A stretch of 63,275 bases of DNA, counting the filler, from Craspedostauros australis (Eukaryota): assembly GCA_030167865.1 (NCBI GenBank). It is 14 parts of 14 records of this genome, joined end to end, with 100 filler letters (N's around TTAATTAATTAA, not from the genome) between each part and the next. Parts side by side here need not be neighbours in the genome. Positions count along the whole stretch, not along the records: positions 33,301 to 35,917 come from JALAGF010004698.1; positions 36,018 to 40,936 come from JALAGF010004699.1; positions 41,037 to 42,767 come from JALAGF010004700.1; positions 42,868 to 46,105 come from JALAGF010004701.1; positions 46,206 to 54,765 come from JALAGF010004702.1; 9 more parts are not named here. One strand, given 5' to 3'. The position numbers and the translations under genes were made by a program. How positions within the stretch are numbered: the first letter of the stretch is position 1; every line of letters begins with the position of its first letter. Below, in pieces: positions 34,314 through 46,890 of this stretch. The notes under the pieces are model-generated. The model worked only from the letters and a program-made list of their open reading frames with translations, did no database searches and was not told the DNA's origin.

Positions 34314-35917
34314 GAGCCCCCCGAGTGAGTCGACCACTCGTTTGAAACGGGCATTCTAACTTTTCATCTTCGATATCCAAACCAAGCACATATTCGTAAT
34401 CCTTATAATCTTNTTACAAATAATTAACCGATCGATTTTTGATGTATATCCTGTTTTAAGTTTTATGGATCGATCTATATGTTCATTCTAGTCGCGTGGA
34501 TCCAACAGCACAAAACCCGCTGTTTTTCGCCGAAGGTTCTATGCTGTTCTCATGCATTTATCGTGAGGTGATCAGTCACGGACTTGCTTCCGAAGGTCTC
34601 AGTCGTTTGGTACGCGTTAATTACACGTTAGCATGTGGCACNNNNNNNNNNNNNNNNNNNNNNNNNNNNNNNNNNNNNNNNNNNNNNNNNNNNNNNNNNN
34701 NNNNNNNNNNNNNNNNNNCACAAAACACATCACACAAAACACATCATCTCCATCATTTCGCAAAATCGCGCCACACTTTGGCTCCATTCACAACTTTCCT
34801 CGCCAATGCCCTGCACACTCGCCCTTTCGCTCCATGCCCGTTCTCGTCAGAGTAGTAGTAGTAGTAGTAGCAGTAGCAGTAGTAGTAGTAGTAGTAGTAG
34901 TAGTTGTTGTTGTTGTTGTTGCTGTTGTCAACGAATGGTCCACTCATCATCGCATGCTCTCCTTTCCTCACTTCGTCTCGGACCAGTGCACACCATCACA
35001 TCGAACTAGCAAACAGCACTACTCTACAACAACAACTACATCATGCCTCTCTCTACCACCCCCAAGGCCCTCTCCAAGGATGCCAACCCCTCCCCCAGTA
35101 AGAAACCACGTGCTCACCCTGTGTCTGCTCCCTTCGATTCGAAGGGATTCCTGTTGCCGACTGCAGAGCAACTGTTGCCCGACAAGCCGTCTGCTACGTT
35201 GAGGAAGCAGAGCACCATCACGCGAGTGATGGATGTGAAGCCGATGCATGCAGCGGATGGCAACCTCGTCCCGAACNGTATGCATGCGCACGCTCGCGAG
35301 CTGCACGTGTACGTTCACATCCTCGACAACAACGGATGCGTCTACGACGACTCCCACGTCGAGGTGCGTTCGGAGGGACGAGGTGTCGGCGATGGGACTT
35401 CGGTGAGCGTTATCGTGAACGCGCCACCCCCGCCTGCTGCAGCTGACGTTGCATCACCTGTCGCGCCGACCCCACCAGCGAGGCTCTCTCGTCGCTGCAA
35501 TGCTGTTGTTGCTGGGGGCTACGCAGATGCCTCTAGCGATAGCGACAGTGCGTACGAGGACAACGGCAAGGAGCAACGAACACGTGCCAGCAGGAGCAGG
35601 AGAGGAGGCCAGTTCGGGTACGATCCGGAAGAGGCGGGAAACTGGAGGCGTGATGCCATCGTCGATGTGATTGCAGTGCTAAGATCTAACCTAGATCCAG
35701 AACTGTTGCACCACATGCCCAAAAAAGGATTCGTTCTTGCAGGCACACACGATCGGACCATCTGGAGCTATGTGAAACAGATGTGGAGTGTCCTATCTTC
35801 TGCACTTTGGACTGTCCTGCTCCCAGAGGAGGACATGCCAACTCGTCAGATGGAACAGGTACTTACATACATACGCGGCAACGTGGAGCTTCCTCCTGTG
35901 ATGTTGGCATCTAACCT
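34314..35917 (+). mobile_element. Unclassified repeat family A, copy 2, with an open ORF (35043 to contig end)
   Basis: Homologous to 8201-9793. (GTA)n(GTT)n tract at 34851-34928. ORF begins MPLSTTPKALSKDANPSPSKKPR (NLS-like). Confidence 0.7.
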
Positions 35918-36017
35918 NNNNNNNNNNNNNNNNNNNNNNNNNNNNNNNNNNNNNNNNNNNNTTAATTAATTAANNNNNNNNNNNNNNNNNNNNNNNNNNN
36001 NNNNNNNNNNNNNNNNN

Positions 36018-36444
36018 AGGAAGATGATGACCGACACATTGATGATCACCCCATCTGGAGATCATGGCACGTGTCAGCCAGGGACTAGAACAACTCAGAA
36101 AAGGCATCATCCATGACACCAATCATGACACCAATCGTAAAGTTTGGTGTCAGGAGATCAAGAGCGAAACGCAAGACTGTGGAATCGTACCGCAGGGAAT
36201 GTAGAATAAGGATATGCACGACGAGGTGCATGGCAAGGATGCCTGCGGATGAGATCTCATGCACGCAAGCGTTGATTCATGATGATGAGATGCATGAATA
36301 CAACAGTCTAACACGATGCTGCTGCAGGAGATGCTACATGAGAAACGAAAGGCAAAGGAGCTGAAGAGAATGAACTCACAGTTCTGAATAGTACGATCTA
36401 ACAACCAATTAGTTCTTACTAACACTAACCCCGGATTTCCAACA
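36018..36444 (+). mobile_element. LTR 3' portion related to the TGTCAGGAATC...GATTTCCAACA family
   Basis: Ends CTCACAGTTC...CAATTAG...AACCCCGGATTTCCAACA. Left boundary uncertain. Confidence 0.6.
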
Positions 36445-37490
36445 GGTGGGACCCCGTGGGACCCCATCCCACCGACATCGAGTCACGCTTCAATCCCGCT
36501 TAAACACTCTGAGCAGTCGGACAGTTGACTAACTAGACTAAATCTTAACACGACTAATGGGAATACTAGTTTGAGCTAATAACAGTTCACTCATGACACA
36601 AATGTAGTTTTGCTGCTTGCGTGTAGAATAAGATAACAATGGGTGAGCAATGCACATGTACATATGCACATTCCAACAATGAATGAGCTTTCCAAGGCTG
36701 TTCATGAGGTATTTTGCTTTGAAAGCTGTTGTTTTGTAGATGATGGGTACATTGGGGCCAGTGACACTGCGGTTGGAATTGATGGGCCCCACGAAGTGCG
36801 GATCGTTCTCTTGCATCATCATGAATTGTGAAAGGGCCAGATCTGTTGCACTTCCCATATTGGACCAGTCGGCTGTTCAGTTGCATGTATCTCTGATGAT
36901 GGCGATGCAGTGATCAAGTTCACCTGTTCCTGTGTATTCGTATGTGTATGAGCATGAGTGTGTATCTGCATGCTGGTATTGGTAGGTTCCTGTGCAATTG
37001 TCTGCATTGCCAGCTCCTCCGTACTTGCAGCGTCATTCAATACGGACTGAATCTGCATCTGGATCACGGCTGCATTCAAAGTCTGTATGGAAGCACGCAA
37101 CGAAAGACCGCAGAGGAGTGCGCCGAAGATCGCCGCACGTCTACATCAAGTGGCTGACCGTAATATGGTCCGCGCTCTGTGAAAGCATGGAGATGGTGCT
37201 GTGTCTTGTTGTGAATAGTATTATACATTGTGAGCTCAGCAATTTGGATCCGTCAAGGCATCCACATCATTGGTGTTGTTGCGAATGTTGGGTTGTTGAT
37301 AGTTTCACGATTGAAGGACACGTTCAGTCACGATCTTTTCGTGATCGCGTGCGAATCTAGTACCAAGGCACCACGACAGAAACGAAGGTGCTCATATAAT
37401 ATGCATTATATGATCTACCATGTAAATATTGGTATATAGGCATGGATTGATGAAGGTAGCAAGATTATATATGCTTAACACTATGAACCA

Positions 37491-39095
37491 TTATGATTCG
37501 ACGGCATCGCCGCCACCACCGCCACAACAAGCCCGCCAATTGTTCAGTTCGATTTGTACCGCTTCAATGATTGGCGCAATGCCGGCACACAAGTTGTCCG
37601 CGCGCCCCTGTTTGCGGTCGCGCAAGGACTGCATACTTGCATACGCTTCACTGGTGTTCCTACCCAAGAAGATGTGCGCATGATGCAAGCCGCAGACTGT
37701 GGCCAACGAACCAAAGAAGTCGGGCAAGTAGTACTTGGACGGGAAGATTTCGATCACCGATCCGCATCGCGGCATGAAGAAGATACCGGTGAGCTGCGCA
37801 CCGTGTGGTGCGATGAGAATGTCGACGTTGGTGAATGCCCGCGCTTGGTCCTGATAGGACATGTCCTCAAAGTAGAATACGGGTGGTTTGTAGGGGAGGT
37901 GGAAATGCTCCTGCAGGCGCAGCGATATCGTCGTAGATTGCAGAAGGCGGCGAGTCACACGTCGATTCAGAATGGCGATGCGCGGAAATGTGCTGTTGGT
38001 CAAGTGATGTTGGATGGAAGCCCCACCGCCGTCGCTGGTTTGAACTTCTGAACCACTGGCACCTCCGCAATACGTCGTTTCGCTTGGAAGGATTGGAATC
38101 AGTTCCATGGCTTTGCTTCGGAAGTGTGGCACATCCGTGATGTTTCCCACGCGAAAAATGTTGCTGTTTCTGGACCATGCAACCAACATGCCGCGTTTCT
38201 TGCCCTTCGCGTTTTTGACGTATTCAGGTGGATTCGAGATTGTGGTATCCAGAATGATGTTGTTGCGATCCAACAATTCCACCAAGGCGGAGCTGAAGCT
38301 CGTTCGAGTCGTCATCGTGCGCTTCTGCTCCGGGCTCAGCATCATGATATACTTGGCGCGGGGGAAACGCCGCCACATGGACCAGCACTGGAGGATGTGC
38401 TGCAGGGCGTGGGGGAAGTGATGCATGTCGCTGCGTTGAGAAATTGCGCAGACCGCCGTGTGCAATGGTTTGTTTCCCGCGGCCAGCCTCTTCTGATCCG
38501 TATCCATGCAATTACCATGCACACATTTGATGATCTTGATGATCGGGAACGTTCGTTCATATTTCAAGCTTGCGTACATCACTGGAAGTGAAGCATCGGT
38601 GACGTTGCAAGCTGAATCTGAGGGTTCCGCGAACATCGGATCAGCCTCTTGCACGGTCATGAAGCGTGGGAATTGCACGATTCGTGACATCAAACCCGAT
38701 GGTACGACTTGTATCGGTTGTTTTGTGGACCCTTGTTGTGTCGGCTGCTGAGTTGGCTGCTTCGTCGGTGGTTGTGTGGATGCTTGTTGTGTCGACTGCT
38801 CCGTAGATTGCACCGTTTCATGTTCTGCCTGTGAATGCTCTTGAATCTGCATCGGCGGCTCTGTGGAGAATCGCTCAGTATTCGTAGGCACTGACGTATT
38901 TGTCTCCAACCCGATTTGCGGCAGCGTCAATCGCTGTTCCGCAACCGGCAACCCTTGAGATGGGATTGACATTGCGGCCTCATACTCATCGAGATTGGTG
39001 GGGATTGCCGTCATGGACGTCAACAACGAGGCCACAAACATGATCATGGTCACCACGGCTACGACGGCCTTTCCGATCGTCCGTGCGCGCATCAT
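37491..39095 (-). CDS. Glycosyltransferase family 61 (DUF563) protein, type II membrane
   Basis: N-terminal TM helix (AVVAVVTMIMFVASLL) and Thr/Gln-rich stem. RIAILNR, YFEDMSYQDQ, DILIAPHGAQLTGIFFM, SVIEIFP. First ATG at 39095. Confidence 0.88.
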   Translation of the reverse strand: MMRARTIGKAVVAVVTMIMFVASLLTSMTAIPTNLDEYEAAMSIPSQGLPVAEQRLTLPQIGLETNTSVPTNTERFSTEPPMQIQEHSQAEHETVQSTEQSTQQASTQPPTKQPTQQPTQQGSTKQPIQVVPSGLMSRIVQFPRFMTVQEADPMFAEPSDSACNVTDASLPVMYASLKYERTFPIIKIIKCVHGNCMDTDQKRLAAGNKPLHTAVCAISQRSDMHHFPHALQHILQCWSMWRRFPRAKYIMMLSPEQKRTMTTRTSFSSALVELLDRNNIILDTTISNPPEYVKNAKGKKRGMLVAWSRNSNIFRVGNITDVPHFRSKAMELIPILPSETTYCGGASGSEVQTSDGGGASIQHHLTNSTFPRIAILNRRVTRRLLQSTTISLRLQEHFHLPYKPPVFYFEDMSYQDQARAFTNVDILIAPHGAQLTGIFFMPRCGSVIEIFPSKYYLPDFFGSLATVCGLHHAHIFLGRNTSEAYASMQSLRDRKQGRADNLCAGIAPIIEAVQIELNNWRACCGGGGGDAVES

Positions 39096-39519
39096 GGTGC
39101 AAGCGCTTCTCCGATCACGGGGGAAATCAAGGTTGATGGCGGAGATGGAATGATTGTGATCATGTCCAAGCCCAAGTCGGAATGAGGCCAACAATGACAA
39201 CAATGACGTGATGCGTCGGAACGAGCCGTTGATTTTGTTCGCTCACATTGTAGTCGAACGAGTCGAATATCAATGGTGATTTTCGCGCCAAGTTCACTGC
39301 ATTCAATGGAAACAATGACAGGAGACGAATCTGCAGAATAGTACTATATGGTATTATACGAGTAGTCCTGATGAGAGTTCCTCGAAGAGAGGCAGTGTGG
39401 GTCGTACGAGTACTAGTCGCAAGCAGGAAAATCATGCTTCATTGAGTGCGTATCCCTTTCCGACTCAGCTCGTTCTTCAACTCTGCCCGCTGCTTCGTGC
39501 GTGCCTCCAGCCACACTCC

Positions 39520-40935
39520 TTATGACATCACCGCCGCCTCGTCCCCAAACCCACAACACCGTCGCCACTCATCAATCTGCGTGCGCACGGCTTCCAAAAT
39601 CCGCGGCGCCGGCAGGCACAATTGCTTATTGCGCGCTGCGCTGCGCGATGTCAATGTCTTCATGACCTCGACCGCCTCTGCTTGCATGTTGGTGCCCAAG
39701 TAGATGTAGGAATGATTCAGCAGGGAGATGCGCGCCAGGCGTCCGTAGAAGACGGGATAATCCAATCCCAACGGAAACGATTCGATCAGCGATCCGCACT
39801 GCGGCATGAAGAAAGCGCCGGTGCATTGCGCGCCGTGCGGTGTTACGACGATATCGGCCTGCAGGAAGGTTTCCGCCTGGTGATCGAACGAGAAGTCTTC
39901 GAAGTAAACGACGGGCGGCCGGTAGGATAATCCCAATTCGTCTTGCAACAGCCGCGCGATGGAATCGGGAGCGAGCAAACGACGTGCGCCCTTTCGATTG
40001 ATGATAACGATGCGCGGCATGGGCAGCGCGTGCTGCTGTGGTTTCGTGACATTGCTGGGGAAGAGCGGATTGTCAATGTGCAAGTTTTTGGAGCAATATT
40101 CGATGGAATCGCGATGCGACGAAATCGATTCCAACATTTTCTGCCTGAAATCCTTGAGATCCTCCGTATCGGCGATTTTGTATCCTTTGAATTTGCTGGT
40201 CACGCCCACGAAGAGCTTGTTGGCATCGCCATTGTAGGTTTGTGAGTAGTTCTTGGGTGTTGTGAAGTTGGAGTCCACGATGACGCCCTGCGCCGTGATC
40301 ATGCTCGTGAGGCCGAGGTTGAAGGTGCTTCCCGTCGTCATGGAACGGTTCTGGATGTCATCCAGCAGCATGACGTGCTTGGAGTTGGGGTACCGACGCC
40401 ACAACGACCAGCACTGCAGAAGATGCTGCAGCTTGTGGGGAAAAGGGCCAAACACTGAGCCTCCAGCGATGGCACAGGCCACGGTTTCAGGCTGATTGGC
40501 GGAGTCGCCCGGTGGGAACTTGCTGAAGTTGCCGTCGAGGCACCCAATGAATTCATGGAGCGGATAACTGGTCGGGAAGTTGCCGGTAAGGTACCGGCCG
40601 GGAAGATCGGGATCCGTGATGGTGCAGTTGGCGTCGGTCGCCTCCGCGAAGGCGGCATTGTGCTGTTGTTGCATGATGAAGTCTGGGAAGTACGTAGCGT
40701 CTGACGTTGATGGTGTCGACTGTGTCGATATTGTCGTTGTGGATTGTGATTGCGTCGTTGCTTCTGTCGTTGTTACTTGCGTAGTCGTCGGTTGCGTAGT
40801 CGTTGCAGATTGCGGCTCCGCACTTCGTTCCATCTTCATCTGCTCTTCTGCTTGCTGCTCTTCCATACCTGCAATACCGCCATTGTCATTGTCATTGTCA
40901 TTGCCATTGTGGGATACCGAGTTGCTGGCAAATAC
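39520..40935 (-). CDS. Glycosyltransferase family 61 protein, 5'-truncated paralogue
   Basis: RIVIINRK, YFEDFSFDHQ, DIVVTPHGAQCTGAFFM, SLIESFP. Frame open to the contig edge. Confidence 0.88.
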   Translation of the reverse strand, partial: VFASNSVSHNGNDNDNDNGGIAGMEEQQAEEQMKMERSAEPQSATTTQPTTTQVTTTEATTQSQSTTTISTQSTPSTSDATYFPDFIMQQQHNAAFAEATDANCTITDPDLPGRYLTGNFPTSYPLHEFIGCLDGNFSKFPPGDSANQPETVACAIAGGSVFGPFPHKLQHLLQCWSLWRRYPNSKHVMLLDDIQNRSMTTGSTFNLGLTSMITAQGVIVDSNFTTPKNYSQTYNGDANKLFVGVTSKFKGYKIADTEDLKDFRQKMLESISSHRDSIEYCSKNLHIDNPLFPSNVTKPQQHALPMPRIVIINRKGARRLLAPDSIARLLQDELGLSYRPPVVYFEDFSFDHQAETFLQADIVVTPHGAQCTGAFFMPQCGSLIESFPLGLDYPVFYGRLARISLLNHSYIYLGTNMQAEAVEVMKTLTSRSAARNKQLCLPAPRILEAVRTQIDEWRRCCGFGDEAAVMS

Positions 40936-42867
40936 TNNNNNNNNNNNNNNNNNNNNNNNNNNNNNNNNNNNNNNNNNNNNTTAATTAATTAANNNNNNNN
41001 NNNNNNNNNNNNNNNNNNNNNNNNNNNNNNNNNNNNAAAAACTGCTAGCATACTTGAGCCGGATAGTGGGATGGTCAGGATTGATGATTCCCTTGCCCTG
41101 GAGCTTGTCTAACAGCTTGCCGCTCGTGGAGAAGACACAAGAGCCATGGACCTTCCTGGGAATCACTGCTGTGCTGGGGTACAACAAATCCAATGAGCAA
41201 AAGTGGACATCCACCAATACCACAGCAGCATGGAGCTGCGCGTACCACAAGAAGACTTGATCGAGTGTATCATCCGAGTTAGGATTCGGACGTAGGCGTC
41301 GCGAATCGGTGGAGAATGCCTCATGAATCTGCCGGCTTCGGGATAGCCGTGTGATGCAGTTCAAGAGAGGTGTACTGGTTGAAGAGTTATAACTTGTAAC
41401 AATGAGTAGTAGAGTGCTTTGTGGCTAATCCTTGTCTGTTTTTATGAGTTAGCTTATTGGTGTTAGTAGGGTGAAGAAACGATGCCACACAACTTGGCGA
41501 GACCCCGCACTGATGCACTTGATTCAGTGCAACAGAGTAGACAATCAATACAGTACNTTGCTCTCCGCACATGTAGTTACACTGCAGTGTAGGTCATGAC
41601 AATCAGTGATGACGGTCATGAAGCAGTGGCTGTGGCTGAAGCTGACCCTCGGATTCCATTGCTTGAGTTGAAGCAGGTTGGATATACATGTTGAGACCAC
41701 GGTGGTAGTGTGGTGGTCATCAGCATGAAGGAATCAAGGTATGTTGTAGTAAGGAGGATCTGAAGAGCATATAGTTCCCAGGTGGGGTGTGAGTCAGGTC
41801 GGTCAGGTTTGAGTCATGATGGATTCGTGAATGGAGGAGAGNNNNNNNNNNNNNNNNNNNNNNNNNNNNNNNNNNNGGAAGATTTCGCGCCAAAACAAGA
41901 ATTTCTCCCATCGGGTTGATACCGTGTTCGGTAATAGTCTGTCCCTCATTGAATCTCAACTATCCGCAAGCTTGATCTGCTGTCAATCCTGCACCTGCGA
42001 TGCACCAAAACAGAGCAAATCGAGGGCATCACCAATGGTGTAGCAATTGTGCCGACAGAGGGCAGGGGTGGAGTTTGTCACTGTGTAGGAAACACCAGAC
42101 CCAGCAATGTAGCTGAACTCAAATGGATCTTGGGAAGGAATGGTGTCCTCAACAGGGACAGAAAATACTGTCCTTGTGGAGAAAGCACAGGGGGCATGGC
42201 ATCGGTGTGGTTGGCACAGCCACTGTTGGCAGCCTCATCAACAGGGGTGTCATCATTGACAGGAGCCTTGGAAACCTGGCATCACTGTCAGCGGTGGTGT
42301 CAACGGCATCAAACATGGGAACTAATGGTGGTGCAGTGCACATTGATGGAGTGATGTTGTAGACATGCAGGACAGTGATGGAGTGGCGCAGAANATCGNG
42401 GAACTNGCAGGCCTGGAGGTTGGTGACCCAATCGTCATTGTCGATGTNGTCTCCACAAGTGCAAAACCACAATCAAACTTTCCACATGCCATGGATGTGG
42501 ACAAGACTGCCACCCCAATGCACCAATTGGGCATGGAAGAAGGCATCATCACCATTGAGNAAATTGTAGAATTCATGGTTGGTGGTGGTCTTGTTATCGT
42601 CCCACATGAGGGGAAACCATGTCCAACTGAGCTGCTCAGAGATGAGGCAGGCATCAACAAGAGCATGGCACTCCATGCTATCATTGTTGGCAGCCATGAT
42701 GAAAGGAAGAAGGAAGCAAGAACAGAGAGTATGGGGCAAAGAGGTTGAGGGAAGATACTGTGAATGTNNNNNNNNNNNNNNNNNNNNNNNNNNNNNNNNN
42801 NNNNNNNNNNNTTAATTAATTAANNNNNNNNNNNNNNNNNNNNNNNNNNNNNNNNNNNNNNNNNNNN

Positions 42868-44725
42868 CAACTCACCAAACCAACAGCAGCATGCCCGATC
42901 AACTTCCACTCCAGTGATGGAGAGCATCAGCAATGCGCGCAACCCACCAAACCAACGGCAGCATGCTCAATCAACTTCCACCCCAGCGATGGAGAGCATC
43001 AGCAATGCGCACAACTCACCAAACCAACAGCAGCATGCTCGATCAACTTCCACCCCAGTGACGGACAGCATCATCAATGCGAACAACTCAACAAAGCAAC
43101 GGCACCGTGCTCGATCAACTTCCACCCCAGTGACGGGCAGCATCATCAACGCGAACAACTCACCAAACCAACAGCACCGTGCTCAATCAACTTCCACCCC
43201 AGCGATGGACAACATCATCAACGCAAACAACTCACCAAACCAACCGCAGCACACTCGATCAACTTCCACCCCAGCAATGGAGAGCATCATCAATGCGCGC
43301 AACCCACCAAACCAACCGCAGCACACTCAATCAACTTCCACCCCAGCGATGGAGAGTGGCATCAACGCGAACAACTCACCAAACCAACCGCAGCACACTC
43401 AATCAACATCCACCCCGGCAATGGAGAGCAGCATCAACACGAACAACTCACCAAACAAACAGCAGCACACTCGATCAACTTCCACTCCAGTGATGGAGAG
43501 CGGCATCAATGCGAACAACTCACCAAACCAACAACACCATGCTCGATCAACTTCCACCCCAGCGATGGACAACATCATCAATGTGCGCAACTTACCAAAC
43601 CAACGGCAGCGCACTCGATCAACTTCCACTCCAGTGATGGACAGCATCATCGATGCACGCAACTCACCAAACCAACAGCAGCGCACTCGATCAACTTCCA
43701 CCCCAGTGGACAGCATCATCAATGCGCGCAACTCACCAAACCAACAGCAGCACACTCGATCAACTTCCACCCCAGTGACGGACAGCATCATCAATGTGCG
43801 CAACTCACAAAACCAACAGCAGCACATTCGATCAACTTCCACCCCAGTGTACAGCATCATCGATGCGCGCAACTCACCAAACCAACAGCAGCGCACTCGA
43901 TCAACTTCCACTCCAGTGACGGGCAGCATCATCAATGCGCGCAACTCACAAAACCAACAGCAGCACATTCGATCAACTTCCACTCCAGTGACGGACAGCA
44001 GCATCAACGTGCGCAACTCACCAAACCAACAGCAGCGCACTCGATCAACTTCCACTCCAATGACGGACAGCATCATCAATGCGCGCAACTCACCAAACCA
44101 ACGGCAGCGCACTCGATCAACTTCCACCCCAGTGTACAGCATCATCAATGCGAACAAGTCACCAAACCTACGGCACCGTGCTCGATCAACTTCCACCCCA
44201 GTGGACAGCATCATCAATGCGCGCAACTCACCAAACCAACAGCAGCGCACTCGATCAACTTCCACTCCAGTGACGGACAGCATCATCAATGCGCGCAACT
44301 CACAAAACCAACGGCAGCACATTCGATCAACTTCCACCCCAGTGGACAGCATCATCAACATGCGCAACTTACCAAACCAACAGCACCGTGCCCGATCAAC
44401 TTCCACCCCAGCGATGGAGAGCATCAGCAATGCGCGCAACTTACCAAACCAACGGCAGCGCACTGGATCAATTTCCACTCCAGTGATGGACAGCATCATC
44501 AACGCAAACAACTCACCAAACCAACAGCACCGTGCTCGATCAACTTCCACTCCAGTGACGGACAGCATCATCAATGCAAACAACTCACCAAACCTACGGC
44601 ACCGTGCTCGATCAACTTCCACTCCTGTGACGGACAACATCATCAATACAAACAAGTCACCAAACCAACAGCAGCGCACTCGATCAACTTCCACCCCAGC
44701 GATGGAGAGCAGCATCAATGCGAGC
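42868..44725 (+). repeat. Coding minisatellite, 63/66-bp unit, roughly 28 copies
   Basis: Unit ...AGCATCATCAATGCGCGCAACTCACCAAACCAACAGCAGCGCACTCGATCAACTTCCACCCCAGTG..., translating as SIINARNSPNQQQRTRSTSTPV(T)D. All length variants keep the frame. Confidence 0.95.
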
Positions 44726-46105
44726 AACAATGGGCAGGGCGTCAGCACTGGCACATTCAGCATGCATATTGCAACACAGGACCCAAATCCACAGCCAGCC
44801 ACAGAACCTGTGGATGGTGACATCCATCAAGTGTCCCAGAGTCCACCTCGACATATTTCAGTTGCGCCAAACCAATCCTTGATTGGTGTTGCCACTGGCC
44901 TCGGTGTATGCCTCAACAGTGGTGACGACAACACCAGCAACAACAATGTCGACCACAACAATGCCAACACCAACGCCGACAATGATAACAATGGCAATGT
45001 TGGCTGCAATATTGACAGCATAAGCAATGGAGATGACAACGGTCATGGAGATGAAAATGGCAATGATGGCTACCTTGTCACTTTGCCTTCGCAGACTCTC
45101 CATGACAACAACGCCTCTGGAATCAAGACTATGCCGATGAAGTGGGACCTTCTGCCTTGGCGTACATGCAAATTCTCTGTCTCCGTCAGCGCTGCACAGC
45201 GGCTTTGCCACAAGCTCATGGTGGCTGAGGTTCTTCAGATTCGTGCTCGTGCAGTACTCAACCCAAGAAACACAACCCAACCACAGACGACTTCACAAAG
45301 TTTGTGTTCGGAGAACACTCCGCCCTCTTTTCATCAGCTTTCGGTCCAGCAGGGTTGGGCATGGGGTTCAAGAACTTCCTGCAGTTCATGGTTGGTTTCA
45401 CAACTCAGGCATGCTTCAATCTGTCGGTGAAGGAGATGTACTCCACCAAAATTCTGCAAACTGGCAGTGGATTTCCAACCAGGGAGGAGTACATGCAGGC
45501 ATGGGACCTCATTTCATTTGACAGTGAAGTACCAGAAAGTGACCGACCCACTTACCTATGGTTCACTCTGGAGAAGTGCTGCAATGAAGTCCTCGATCAC
45601 ATGGTGCTACGAAATATGACATCCGAGAGGTACATCACCCTTGACGATGACAAGGTCCAATGCGGAAGTCGTGGCAGCAAGAGCAACCTTCGCAGAGTAC
45701 GACACATCCAAAAAAATCGGTTTGGGTACGTGTGCGATGATCATCACAATGGTTGAGTTGGCCGTGTGATTTTGTTTCTCTGTGAAGTTCCAGTCAAATG
45801 CTTCCACACTCTCAACCTATTTTCTTTTCTTGCATTCCACTCTCCTTCTATTCTTTCTCAGCCTTGTTGCCAACACAATGGCGTTCACCTGTTCAGGTAT
45901 GCCATGTGGTCTGTTCTGGCTCAGGAAATCTCAAGGTGGAGACACGAAGTTGACGCTGGACGCCATCAAGCAGCAGCTCGGGAAGGGAATGCTGTGGCTG
46001 GAGGATGTAACTGTCCTATTTGATCGAGGCTACAGCTGCGAAGAGATAGTCAAGAACCTCATCGAAGTTGGAGCTGATATCCTCAGCACCCACAAGCGTG
46101 ACGGA
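42868..46105 (+). mobile_element. piggyBac-like (DDD) transposase gene with repeat-expanded N-terminus, one frameshift and one intron
   Basis: YITLDDDK, then KNRFG|LVANTMAFTCSG after splicing 45726-45861 (GTACGT...TTCTCAG), then VLFDRGY and GADILSTHKR. Frameshift near 45260. Confidence 0.65.
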
Positions 46106-46689
46106 NNNNNNNNNNNNNNNNNNNNNNNNNNNNNNNNNNNNNNNNNNNNTTAATTAATTAANNNNNNNNNNNNNNNNNNNNNNNNNNNNNNNNNNNNNNN
46201 NNNNNTTTTTTTTTGTTTTCCACCATTGTCATGTTGTTGTTTCGAGTTTGGCGCTCTCAACCAGTCGCACATCTTGGGGGACCCGGTAATTACGAATAAT
46301 ATTAACAAATGTACGAAGGAAGCATCACACAAAACACTTCGAGAGTACCAATGTAACTCAACCATTCCGTTACGACGAAATGTAGCCAAGGATGATTCAC
46401 ATCGTGCTGTGATTGGTATTTCATGACGCAGTAACCAGGTTGGTGACGTAGATGACGGATCAGGCAAACATTGGGTAGAATGGATGTAAATGCGAAATCG
46501 CCGCTTCTCCCCAAACTCTACAACTAGCGCTATCGTGGAGGAGGGGTTGGATGGTCTCATCGGAACACCTCAAAAAGAGACTAAACAATTCAAAATCGGA
46601 ACAAACTTGCTGAAACGAAGAACAGCAAAGGGTTAAGTTGGATCGATGTAGTCGTAGCCAAAGGGCTGAAACCCGAAAGAGATCGGAAA

Positions 46690-46890
46690 ATATGNACATC
46701 CATCGGTCCATAAAACATAAAATAGGAGCAATAGCAGAACCAAAATGGATCAGTATATGTTTTAGATCTATGAGGATTACGAATATATGCTTAGTTTTTA
46801 AATCGGAGGAAAAAAGTATGAAAGTTCATTTCAAACAGTTGGTCGACTCGCTCGAGGGGCTCCTATGTATTGGTTTGTGTCACGAAGAAA
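46690..46890 (-). repeat. Diverged third copy of the family A upstream block
   Basis: Reverse complement reads GAGCCCCTCGAGCGAGTCGACC...AAGCATATATTCGTAATCCT...TTTTATGGACCGAT, matching 8201 and 34314. Confidence 0.7.

Noticed and set aside
34309..34320. TTAA|GAG as a Sola3-type terminus of family A
   Set aside because: The other two copies lack TTAA there, and their similarity to each other extends ~30 nt further out, so the terminus is not defined.
42868..44725. CRISPR-like array
   Set aside because: Units are contiguous degenerate copies with no unique spacers, frame is preserved, and no cas genes are present.
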